The notes under the pieces: generated by a model
Databases searched by the model: none
What the model was told of the DNA's origin: nothing
Seen by the model: the letters and a program-made list of their open reading frames with translations, nothing else
Source: Bacteroidaceae bacterium
Lineage (GTDB): Bacteria > Bacteroidota > Bacteroidia > Bacteroidales > Bacteroidaceae
Length of the DNA: 64,000 nt
Reading direction: 5' to 3'
Assembly (NCBI GenBank): GCA_017548165.1
Contig: JAFYMW010000007.1
Location: 1,720-65,719 of the forward strand
Program-made: the position numbers and the translations under genes
Part shown: positions 48,011 through 56,666 of the stretch, piece by piece
Layout: each line of letters begins with the position of its first letter
Numbering within the stretch: the stretch's first letter is position 1

Positions 48011-49576
48011 TTATTGCCAAAGTTCTACCTTGGGAGATTCGGTTTGGAATTGGGGCATGCAGACGCCTATCTCGGCATCGACATAGGTGGGGTCGCAGAT
48101 AATGTATTTCTTGTCGTTATAGATATATGCATCGCCATCTACAGAGTTGTCTGTAAAGTTGATGGCTGTACATTCATGACCAGGGAAGTGCACCAGATGA
48201 ACATCCAGGCCCAGGAGGTTGTGCACCAGATAGGCATAGAAGATGGAGCGGTCCTCGCAATCGTTCTGGGGGTAGTAGAAATTCTCCTCCAGGAAATAGG
48301 GCTTCTCATAGCCGTGCTGCTCGTCGTCGGTGGCATAGCCAAAGGCATGCTGAACAAAGTGAATCAACTTGTTTGCTGCATCCTTTTGCGAAAGTCCCTG
48401 AATCTGTGGTCGTATCTGCTCCAGGAGATCCTTACGGAAGGCAGGCACAAGGTTGGACTTGGCATACTCTGGAATATCGGTCTGGGGATAGTGTCTGAGC
48501 ATCTCCATAAGGTTCTCGTTTACCTCGCCCTGAACAGTTATCACACCATCCGTCAGGGTACGCTGTATGGCTTTGCCCGAGTTGACACCTGTATTGTTGA
48601 GAATCAGACTAAGCCCCTTGCCACAATCCACATTGTTGGGCAGGTTGCAGGTGTATATTCCCTCGTTCTTCATGCGTCTGCTATCGTCATTGAAAAACAA
48701 GAAATACTTCTTATTGTCCATAGTCAGATATTCGCGTCCATAGACCATCTCCTCGAACGGAATCAAGAGGAAGAGCCTGTTCTCTGTTCTTGCCAGACGC
48801 ACATCGTACTTCATATTTGCCAGGATATAGTGCTGCAATATCACTTTGTCGAAATCGCTGGCATTTGACAAGGCAGAGTTGACATAGGCACGAACCAATC
48901 TGAACCTGAACCAATCGTTGAAAACATATTTTACCGCCAAAGCATTCAGATGTTCTATCAGCACCTTGGTGTCCTTGTTGTTATAGAACTTCCATGCCTT
49001 GCCATAGGCATCGTTTGCATTGGGAGTGAAGGTATAAGCCTTGACCTTGGGAGCCTGCAACAACATGCCATAGAAATCAAAGTCGTGCATATTCTCGGCC
49101 TTTGGAGCAGGTGCAGGGGTTGGAGTTGGAGTAGGAACTGTTGGCACCGCAGGAACCTTGGGAGTCTGGGGTGTTGCAGGAACCTTGGGAGTTTCCTTGA
49201 CAGGAGACGCAGGAGGAGTCACTACGGGCTTCTCCTTGGCAGGGGTCTCGGGAGTCTCGGGGTTCTTTGGTTTCTCGGGTGCCTTCACCGTCTCTGGTTC
49301 TGGTATTACCACAGGAGCCGCAGGCTTCTCCACAGCCTTGGGGAGTGTTGCTGGCTTGGGAGTGTTGTCACGCTTGGCAACCTTAAATTCATCATACCTC
49401 TTCCACACACCATCGAGATATTGGGCATAGTCGTCAAGTACCGACTTTCTGAAACCCTGATACCTGCCCAGCATACCCTGTCTGAACTGCTGAAACGAAT
49501 CGTCCGTTCCCTGAGCAAAAATGGTGTTGGAACAGAAGAATATAAAGAATAGAGAATAAGCTAGACGGTATTTCAT
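48011..49576 (-). CDS. secreted protein: ~90-aa Pro-rich linker + C-terminal transglutaminase-like (Cys-His-Asp) fold
   Basis: Signal ...TIFA|QG. Pro-rich run PKPATLPKAVEKPAAP...PTPTPTPAPAPK. The C-terminal pattern NDCEDRSIFYAYLVHNLLGLDVHLVHFPGHECTAINF...YIICDPTY mirrors the transglutaminase-core C / H / D arrangement. Confidence 0.55.
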   Translation of the reverse strand: MKYRLAYSLFFIFFCSNTIFAQGTDDSFQQFRQGMLGRYQGFRKSVLDDYAQYLDGVWKRYDEFKVAKRDNTPKPATLPKAVEKPAAPVVIPEPETVKAPEKPKNPETPETPAKEKPVVTPPASPVKETPKVPATPQTPKVPAVPTVPTPTPTPAPAPKAENMHDFDFYGMLLQAPKVKAYTFTPNANDAYGKAWKFYNNKDTKVLIEHLNALAVKYVFNDWFRFRLVRAYVNSALSNASDFDKVILQHYILANMKYDVRLARTENRLFLLIPFEEMVYGREYLTMDNKKYFLFFNDDSRRMKNEGIYTCNLPNNVDCGKGLSLILNNTGVNSGKAIQRTLTDGVITVQGEVNENLMEMLRHYPQTDIPEYAKSNLVPAFRKDLLEQIRPQIQGLSQKDAANKLIHFVQHAFGYATDDEQHGYEKPYFLEENFYYPQNDCEDRSIFYAYLVHNLLGLDVHLVHFPGHECTAINFTDNSVDGDAYIYNDKKYIICDPTYVDAEIGVCMPQFQTESPKVELWQ

Positions 49577-49633
49577 AAGGTATTATTTTTTTTGGGGGGA
49601 GTTAGAGGTAGATTTATTAAATGAGCTTCCTAA

Positions 49634-51397
49634 CTAATGTTGTAGCACAGGCAGGCACAGGCGCAGACCGAAACTATTGCTTCTAATCTCAGGTTTGCTA
49701 TTGCCACGGAAAGACACGCGACAACTCTTGGTGTCGTCGCCACCACCACCACCGCGCAACACACGATAGTCGCCAAACGTGGGTCCCATGGGATTGGTCT
49801 GTGCATCGTTGGCATAATTGCCATACCAGTCATTGCACAATTCCCATACATTACCGCTCATATCATAGATGCCCAACTCATTGGGTTGCTTGGAGGCTAC
49901 GGGATGCATCTTGCTCTTGCTGTTGGAGTAAAACCATGCCACAGAAGGCAGGGTGTCGTTTCCGGAATAGATATAACCCTTGCTATTCTTACCGCCACGA
50001 GCAGCATACTCCCACTCGGCTTCGGTGGGCAGACGGAAATTGGCACCAGTGACCTTGTTAAGTTTCTCTATGAAAACCTGGCAATCCTCCCACGACACAC
50101 TCTCCACGGGCAGACTGTCGCCCTTGAAATGCGAAGGATTCTTGCCCATCACGGCCTTCCACATAGCCTGAGTAACCTCGGTCTTACCTATATAGTATTC
50201 ACTCAGAGTGACACTGTGCACTGGCACCTCGTCGCTCGAAGCAGCATTTCCCTGCTCGCTGGTGGCACCCATCTGGAAGGTTCCTCCCTCGACAGGAATC
50301 ATCTCAAAAGCAACATCCTTGACTTTGAAGATACGCACACCATTAGAGAAACCCTTCTCCAGGTTGATCATAGCGTTCTCGGTCTTTCCCTCTGATATGG
50401 TCACTGTCTGGGTATAATCGCTATATCCCCATTTGGTAATCTTGATGTTATACTCACCGATAAGGCAGTTGGACAGGAACAAGGGTGTGGTACCCACCTG
50501 CTTGCCATCTATCCACACATCGGCATCGGCAGGATGACTATTGATATCCAAGGAACCATACACTGGTATGGGCTCTTTAAGAACTAGGGGCACATTAACA
50601 GCATTTTCGTCGATGACCACCTCCAGCTGCGAAGGACTATGACCAGGCAAACGGCACTCTGCCATATATGTACCATAACCCAATTCCACGAGGCAAGAAT
50701 CCTTGCCATACTTCTTATTGTCAATCCATATCTCACCATTGTTGGGAGCATAGAACTTGACATTGACAAACTGAGATTCGAGCTCGATATTCACAACGTG
50801 CTTGTTCTTGGGGTCCTTCACCTGCACGGTACCACTTTGGGGAGTGTGGCGTGGAGCATGCACACGATAACTATAAGAACCAAATGGCAAACGCTTGGTA
50901 GCAGTGCCATCATATACTTCAACAATTTCTCCCTCAAGCTCAACAACAGCATTCGCTGGGATTACACGAAACAGCACATACTGCGATGTTACGGCCTGTT
51001 TAACGATAGTCTGTATCTCGCCTGCTGTAAGTTTCATCTCATAAGTGCGAGCCTTCTGGATATTAACAGGAAAGGCATATTCCAAACTGCCCAAATGCTT
51101 GTGGCGTATCTTTATCTTTCTCACGCCATGAGGCACATACACCCACACCTCGCCAGTCTTGTACTCTACCTTGCTTATGCCCAGCGAACCCACATCGAAG
51201 GTGAAGTCGGAATGTGTGGTCTCTATTCGGATAAGGGCACACTTCTCGCCGTTCTGATCAAAGACAATGGTACCCTGCTGGTTGGCGGTGAGATCGGTTT
51301 CATTCATTTTGAACGACTCCACAGACATCTTATTCTGCGCAACAGCCATCAGTGCAGAACAAAGGAACATCAAAAGAAAAAGGATTCTATTCTTCAT
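49634..51397 (-). CDS. secreted PEGA-repeat protein with C-terminal SUMF1/FGE-sulfatase-fold domain (paralogue 2)
   Basis: Collinear with 46211..47977 over the whole length. By eye, identity is roughly 60% overall and above 70% in the FGE-fold part. Signal ...MAVA|QN. Confidence 0.8.
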   Translation of the reverse strand: MKNRILFLLMFLCSALMAVAQNKMSVESFKMNETDLTANQQGTIVFDQNGEKCALIRIETTHSDFTFDVGSLGISKVEYKTGEVWVYVPHGVRKIKIRHKHLGSLEYAFPVNIQKARTYEMKLTAGEIQTIVKQAVTSQYVLFRVIPANAVVELEGEIVEVYDGTATKRLPFGSYSYRVHAPRHTPQSGTVQVKDPKNKHVVNIELESQFVNVKFYAPNNGEIWIDNKKYGKDSCLVELGYGTYMAECRLPGHSPSQLEVVIDENAVNVPLVLKEPIPVYGSLDINSHPADADVWIDGKQVGTTPLFLSNCLIGEYNIKITKWGYSDYTQTVTISEGKTENAMINLEKGFSNGVRIFKVKDVAFEMIPVEGGTFQMGATSEQGNAASSDEVPVHSVTLSEYYIGKTEVTQAMWKAVMGKNPSHFKGDSLPVESVSWEDCQVFIEKLNKVTGANFRLPTEAEWEYAARGGKNSKGYIYSGNDTLPSVAWFYSNSKSKMHPVASKQPNELGIYDMSGNVWELCNDWYGNYANDAQTNPMGPTFGDYRVLRGGGGGDDTKSCRVSFRGNSKPEIRSNSFGLRLCLPVLQH

Positions 51398-51432
51398 TTC
51401 GAGGATATATATATTATAATATGTGTGTCAGG

Positions 51433-53289
51433 TTAAAAATCACCAGGACCATACAGACCGAAATTGGGGTCCTTGTCGGGTTGCCATGTGCGCACCTTGA
51501 TAATGGGCTTCTCGGGATCGTTGATGTCCACAATCAGGAACAGATAACCCTTATCGCCATAGGTTGTGGAGTAATAGTCCTGTGCTATCTGTATAGCATA
51601 TAGTTCACCTCCCTTGGCCAGCTTGATGACATCGTTGTTGGCAAAACGGATGTTGATGTATTCCTGACTGCCAAAACACTTCTTCAGATTGTCCAGATAC
51701 TGGTCCTTGGTGTATCGGTTCTTTTTGATGATAGTATTGTTGCTGGTGGTTGCCACTCCGGTTTCGGGGTTGATGGTCATCTTGGCCTGACGCACAATAT
51801 TACCCACGATTATCACAGCATCGTCGTCGAAGATGGACCTGATATAGTCCAGACGCTTCAGACCATAGGCTGTCTTGTAGTTCTCCAAGAAGTTCATTAT
51901 GCTCAGTCGTGCCTGTTCGCTCCATACACCCTTGTTCAGGATGTCGTCGGCAGCTGTGTTGCCCAGACCGAAAGCCAGGTTATAGATAAGACCCTCTTGG
52001 TTGAAGGAGAAGACAATATCCTCGACAAACGACTTTCTCAAACCGCGCTGGAACGAGAACGACATCTGCACGCCACGACCTATGACATAGTCACCATTCT
52101 TGTAAAACTGCATTGATGGAGTGCCTACAATCTTTGCCTTGCCATATCGTACTATCTTCTGATATATGTCCCAGCCCTCTTGGGTGAAGTGCTGCTTGAC
52201 GGCATCATAGTTAAGAGTTCGGATAGAATTGAGAACAGAATCCACCACCTTGCTATATGCCGCGCTATCTGCTACCTGCGTTGGCGCCTTCTTAATCTCT
52301 GCAGCAGTAGTGGAGAAGGACGATGTCGACTGACACTGCATAGAAGTAGAAGTAGTCTGACCCTGCACAGATGTAGCTGCCGCCTGGCTATCCTCTACGG
52401 CTTGCAGGTTGGCATAAGCACCACGCATAGGAGTGCTCTTGACAACATTCAGTACAGATTCCAGTTCGCGGTCGATCTGAGCCTGTCCGCGATACTCAAA
52501 CTCGAACTTCAGCTGATATGTCGCGCTGGTGTTTCCTGGGGCAAGTTCCAATACGCCACGGCCATCCTTGGCACTATATATATTGCTCCATCCACGACCA
52601 TCAAAATAGGTGTAGTCCACACTATTGACAGGTTTGTCCTTATAGGTTATATATAATTCCACATCGTCGCCATTGCGCTTTACCACACTGGCAGACATAC
52701 TTTGGAACACATCGTTCATCTTTTCGGGAATCCATACAGTAAGCATATGTGCCTGTCCATCTTCATCTGTATATGAAACCTCGTTGGGGCGCTGCAAGGA
52801 TTTCAGCAGAGTCAGCGCCCAATAATAGTTGCGCAAAGCATCATCGGCCTTGCCCTTCGCCTCTGCCTTTATGGCTGCCTCAACCATCGTCTGGACCTTG
52901 GCTATTCGAGAAGCAAAGATTTTCTCTATCTCGGCACGCCTTATCCATCTGCCCACATGAGCATCAGGCTCGTTCTGGATGATAACACGCTCGGTATTGG
53001 TCAACGTAGCCTGAGAGTATGTGTGAACAGAAGACGAAAACTGCGACACCTCGTCCAGTTGTCCATTGGTAATGGTTGAATTGTCCTTGTTTTCCGATGT
53101 AGAAGATATATTTACAGCAATCTTGCTGATCAAGGCTGCCAGAGCCTGCTTATCCGCTTCATCTATGGAATTTCCCCATCCCTCTCCGTATAAATATTCT
53201 GTAGTATTATTTTTTACACTCTCCCAACTCTGTGCAGAGAGGAAGAGTGTAAAGAATGATGCAAAAGATATAACTATTAATCTTTTCAT
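51433..53289 (-). CDS. secreted protein with LPP20-like N-terminal domain and large uncharacterised C-terminal region
   Basis: Start set at MKRLIVISF (53289). Signal ...FLSA|QS. YLYGEGWGNSIDEADKQALAALISKIAVNISS resembles the LPP20 lipoprotein fold (tentative). There is a Ser/Thr/Gln-rich linker in the middle. Confidence 0.5.
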   Translation of the reverse strand: MKRLIVISFASFFTLFLSAQSWESVKNNTTEYLYGEGWGNSIDEADKQALAALISKIAVNISSTSENKDNSTITNGQLDEVSQFSSSVHTYSQATLTNTERVIIQNEPDAHVGRWIRRAEIEKIFASRIAKVQTMVEAAIKAEAKGKADDALRNYYWALTLLKSLQRPNEVSYTDEDGQAHMLTVWIPEKMNDVFQSMSASVVKRNGDDVELYITYKDKPVNSVDYTYFDGRGWSNIYSAKDGRGVLELAPGNTSATYQLKFEFEYRGQAQIDRELESVLNVVKSTPMRGAYANLQAVEDSQAAATSVQGQTTSTSMQCQSTSSFSTTAAEIKKAPTQVADSAAYSKVVDSVLNSIRTLNYDAVKQHFTQEGWDIYQKIVRYGKAKIVGTPSMQFYKNGDYVIGRGVQMSFSFQRGLRKSFVEDIVFSFNQEGLIYNLAFGLGNTAADDILNKGVWSEQARLSIMNFLENYKTAYGLKRLDYIRSIFDDDAVIIVGNIVRQAKMTINPETGVATTSNNTIIKKNRYTKDQYLDNLKKCFGSQEYINIRFANNDVIKLAKGGELYAIQIAQDYYSTTYGDKGYLFLIVDINDPEKPIIKVRTWQPDKDPNFGLYGPGDF

Positions 53290-53380
53290 ATCGTTCAATA
53301 TGAATGTCTGTGCATTCAATAGCAACGTCTAAGGCAAACATCATAGGAAATGCCTCAGACTCATCTGGAAAATAAACAAG

Positions 53381-54019
53381 TTACTTGGCTCCCTGCTCGA
53401 AACCTTCTCTAACGAATGAACTTACCTTCTCGGCATACTTCTGGGCTGCCTCGCTCTCCTTCAGTGCATTCTCATAAGCTCTGATGCGAGCCTTTGTTGC
53501 TGCATCCTCGTTGATGATGAAATACACCTGCATGGTCTTTTCACCATTGCCCAGTTCGCGATAAATAGCGTATGACTCTATCATCTCACCCTTGATCTCC
53601 TTCTCAACGAGAGTCTCGTATGCAGCATAGAATTTGTCGAACTCCGACTCGGTATTATCACCATCAGATGCCATATCGCCTACAATACGACCCTTGACAT
53701 GACTACCTGCGCTACGTGCATAGGTGTTGCAAGCATTGTTTATAGCAGCCTGATGACCAACGTTGTCCGACTTGTACTTGGCACAAATACCAACAATCTC
53801 GTAACCATTTTCACCAAGTGTCTCCAACTTGTCGTAGTGCTTCAACAGAGCAACATCAAGACTTCTTGAAGAAGCAAAAAGCTTCCAACCCTCTTTCTTG
53901 TACTGCTTCATTTTTGCCTTGTACTCCTTCTTCAGCGCCTTTTCCATAGCCTTACTCTGAGCATTAACCACAGGCACCATCAAAACCAGTGCCAACAGGA
54001 ACATGATAATTCTTTTCAT
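53381..54019 (-). CDS. small secreted LPP20-like protein
   Basis: Start set at MKRIIMFLL (54019), 53 nt downstream of the TATATTTG box at 54079-54072. Signal ...VVNA|QS. GHQAAINNACNTYARSAGSHVKGRIVG resembles the LPP20 family (tentative). Confidence 0.5.
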   Translation of the reverse strand: MKRIIMFLLALVLMVPVVNAQSKAMEKALKKEYKAKMKQYKKEGWKLFASSRSLDVALLKHYDKLETLGENGYEIVGICAKYKSDNVGHQAAINNACNTYARSAGSHVKGRIVGDMASDGDNTESEFDKFYAAYETLVEKEIKGEMIESYAIYRELGNGEKTMQVYFIINEDAATKARIRAYENALKESEAAQKYAEKVSSFVREGFEQGAK

Positions 54020-54071
54020 AACATTTAGATTTTTGAATTGATAATATGTTATAAGTTTTGTAAATTCTTGG

Positions 54072-54079
54072 CAAATATA
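54072..54079 (-). promoter_or_regulatory. -7 box TATATTTG for the five-gene cluster
   Basis: Reverse complement of caaatata; 53 nt upstream of the ATG at 54019. It is the only such box between the U32 terminator and the first cluster gene. Confidence 0.55.
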
Positions 54080-54174
54080 AGCATTTTGTATTAAAAAGTC
54101 GAAAAAACACATAAAATTTGTTAGATATTACAGGATTTAGATTATAATGTGTACGATTTCTAATTATTTTTTAG

Positions 54175-54243
54175 CAAAGGTATTCAGTACTCAGTTATGG
54201 ATTTTGCCTTATTTATCCCTTAAAAACACAGCATATCATCCGC
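54175..54243 (+). repeat. direct repeat copy B (upstream flank of the five-gene cluster)
   Basis: CAAAGGTATTCAGTACTCAGTTATGGATTTTG ... TATCATCCGC. Relative to copy A it lacks one 7-nt unit. Confidence 0.8.
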
Positions 54244-54268
54244 TCTACATCATGTAGGGCAATAAAAA

Positions 54269-54296
54269 AGGAAACCTCAGTGGTGCGAGGTTTCCT
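54269..54296 (-). terminator. intrinsic terminator after the U32 peptidase gene
   Basis: AGGAAACCTC - 8 nt - GAGGTTTCCT. On the minus strand it is followed by TTTTTTATT. Confidence 0.8.
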
Positions 54297-54328
54297 TTTA
54301 TGATTATATGGGTGGGAATTGGTGTTTC

Positions 54329-55576
54329 CTATTGTCTAGCGTTTTCCACAACGATGTAGAGTTTGTCATTGCGGCGTACCTTGCGAGGCATGGCGATGCT
54401 GATGTGCTGACCCTTCTTGGCGAGGTCGACAGGACCAAGGTCGAAGCGTATCTCGTCGGCCGTGGAGTAGAGGGCACCAGTGGTGGGACCTGTGATGAGA
54501 ATCTTGTCGCCCTTGTTGAGTTCGCAAGCCTCGATCTTGAACTCTGCCACACCTAGTTTGGAGAAATAGCGCACTACCTTGCCACAATACACTTTCTTCT
54601 CTGTGGCAGCACTACCATGGACTTCGCTCCATTCACCAAGACTCTTACCCTGGTAGTATCCATCCCAGAAACCACGATTGAAGACGGTGGCAAGTTTCTT
54701 GTCCAGTTCATCCTTCAATTCCTCGGTAAATTTATCCTCGAGCACGGCATTTATTGCCTCGTTGTAGCACGACACTACGGTGCCGACATATTCTGGACCA
54801 CGAGCACGACCCTCGATTTTGAACACACGCACACCCGATTGCATCATAACATCCATGAAACGGAGAGTCTTGAGGTCTTTGGGCGACATGATATACTTGT
54901 TGTCGATGTCGAGTTCGGTACCTGTTTCACGGTCGCGCACGGTATAGGAGCGACGACATATCTGCATGCACTCGCCACGATTGGCCGACTTACCGACATT
55001 GTTGAGCGAGAGATAACACTTACCACTCACCGCCATGCAGAGAGCGCCATGACAGAACATCTCTATGCGGATGAGCTCGCCACGAGGACCACAGATGTTC
55101 TCTTCTACTATCTGACGATAAATGTCTGCCACTTGGTCCATATTAAGTTCGCGTGCCAATACCACAACATCGGCAAACTGGGCATAGAAGCGCAGTGCCT
55201 CGATATTGGAAATGTTGAGCTGTGTGGAGAGATGCACCTCTTGACCTATCTTGTTGCAATAGGACATCACCGCCACATCGCTGGCAATGACGGCACTGAT
55301 ATCGGCCTCTTTGGCGGCATCCAGAATCTTGCGCATAAGGGGAAGGTCCTCGCCATAGATAATGGTATTGACGGTGAGATAACTCTTCACACCGCATATC
55401 CTACACTGATGAGCCATCTCCTTGAGGTCGTTGATGGTGAAAGCCGAGGCCGAGTGCGACCTCATGTTCAGGTTCTCTATACCAAAGTATATACTATCTG
55501 CTCCGGCACGCAATGCTGCGGCAAAAGACTCTCTTGAGCCTACTGGAGCCATTATTTCAAAATCTTTACGTGTCAT
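54329..55576 (-). CDS. peptidase U32 family protein
   Basis: 415 aa; EIMAPVGS...AGADSIYFG...RELNMDQV... and a C-terminal beta-barrel domain, as in the PrtC/YegQ-like family. Confidence 0.9.
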   Translation of the reverse strand: MTRKDFEIMAPVGSRESFAAALRAGADSIYFGIENLNMRSHSASAFTINDLKEMAHQCRICGVKSYLTVNTIIYGEDLPLMRKILDAAKEADISAVIASDVAVMSYCNKIGQEVHLSTQLNISNIEALRFYAQFADVVVLARELNMDQVADIYRQIVEENICGPRGELIRIEMFCHGALCMAVSGKCYLSLNNVGKSANRGECMQICRRSYTVRDRETGTELDIDNKYIMSPKDLKTLRFMDVMMQSGVRVFKIEGRARGPEYVGTVVSCYNEAINAVLEDKFTEELKDELDKKLATVFNRGFWDGYYQGKSLGEWSEVHGSAATEKKVYCGKVVRYFSKLGVAEFKIEACELNKGDKILITGPTTGALYSTADEIRFDLGPVDLAKKGQHISIAMPRKVRRNDKLYIVVENARQ

Positions 55577-55584
55577 TTTTTTTA

Positions 55585-55654
55585 CGGAAAGGGGAAAGGG
55601 GAAAACTAATCCGCTTTTTACAGTAGTTTTTCAGATTTCACATTTCAGATTTCA
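55585..55654 (-). repeat. heptamer arrays across the dusB stop and the dusB-U32 spacer
   Basis: TCA on the + strand at 55631, 55638 (the stop), 55645 and 55652. (C/G)GGAAA(G/A) x3 at 55585-55605. Confidence 0.85.
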
Positions 55655-56630
55655 ACAGTGCTCGTATCTCTTCTATAATGGTAAACAGTTCTTCTACCGT
55701 TTCGGCACGCAACATACGGATGCGGGTTTCGCGGAAATTGGGGATACCTTTGAATACTGGCGAAGCGGCAAGATGGCGGCGAACATGCAAGATGCCACGA
55801 TATTCGTCGATGCGCTCCACCGAGGTGATAACCTGCTGCTTGAGGATGTCAAGTTTCTCGTCCAAAGTGAGGCTGTCTCCCTGTAATTCGCGGAATATCC
55901 AAGGACGGCCAAAAGTGGCACGACCTACCATCACGGCATCCACACCATAGCGGTCGAAGCATTCGCGAACACGTTCCTTGGTGGCAATATCGCCATTGCC
56001 AATAATAGGGATGTGCATACGAGGATTATTTTTCACCTCGCCAATGAGGGTCCAGTCTGCCTCGCCTTGATACATCTGCGCACGGGTGCGACCATGTATG
56101 GTGAGTGCCTGTATACCAACATCCTGCAAACGCTCGGCAAGGTCAACAATAAATGGAGTGCCATCTGGCAGATACAGGCTGGGAGTGTCCCAACCCAGAC
56201 GAGTCTTTACCGTTACAGGAGTATCGGGTACTGCCTCGACAACTGCTTTGGTGATGTCGAGCAGCAGGGGAACGTTTTGCAACATACCACTTCCGGCACC
56301 CTTGCCTGCTACCTTGCGAACAGGGCAACCGAAATTAAGGTCAAGCACATCGGGGTGTGCCTGGTCTACGACTATCTTTGCCGCCTCGCGCATGGCATCT
56401 ACATCCTTACCATAGATTTGTATTGCCACAGGGCGCTCGTCTTGACAAACCTGCAACTTGGCAAGGCTTTTGTTGACCATGCGTATGAGTGCATCTGAAC
56501 TGACAAACTCGGAGTACACCATAGCTGCACCCATCTGCTTGCATAACAGACGGAAGCCTATGTCGGTGACATCCTCCATAGGAGCAAGGAAGATGGGTTC
56601 GTGTCCAAGGTCGATGTTTCCTATTTTCAT
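55638..56630 (-). CDS. dusB: tRNA-dihydrouridine synthase
   Basis: LAPMEDVTD..., LNFGCPVRKV (catalytic Cys), TIHGRTRAQMY. Confidence 0.95.
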   Translation of the reverse strand: MKIGNIDLGHEPIFLAPMEDVTDIGFRLLCKQMGAAMVYSEFVSSDALIRMVNKSLAKLQVCQDERPVAIQIYGKDVDAMREAAKIVVDQAHPDVLDLNFGCPVRKVAGKGAGSGMLQNVPLLLDITKAVVEAVPDTPVTVKTRLGWDTPSLYLPDGTPFIVDLAERLQDVGIQALTIHGRTRAQMYQGEADWTLIGEVKNNPRMHIPIIGNGDIATKERVRECFDRYGVDAVMVGRATFGRPWIFRELQGDSLTLDEKLDILKQQVITSVERIDEYRGILHVRRHLAASPVFKGIPNFRETRIRMLRAETVEELFTIIEEIRALLKSEM

Positions 56631-56666
56631 ATATCTTATAATAATTGAAGGAATCCTTTTGGGGGG

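Noticed and set aside
47003-48868. Long + strand ORFs (308 aa and 293 aa) opposite the cluster genes. Similar ones lie at 50639..51436, 54617..55537, 58455..59441 and 36185..36853.
   Set aside because: They are antisense to ORFs with strong domain signatures. They have low-complexity, Gly/His/Leu/Val-rich composition and no motifs, which is typical of shadow ORFs produced by codon bias.
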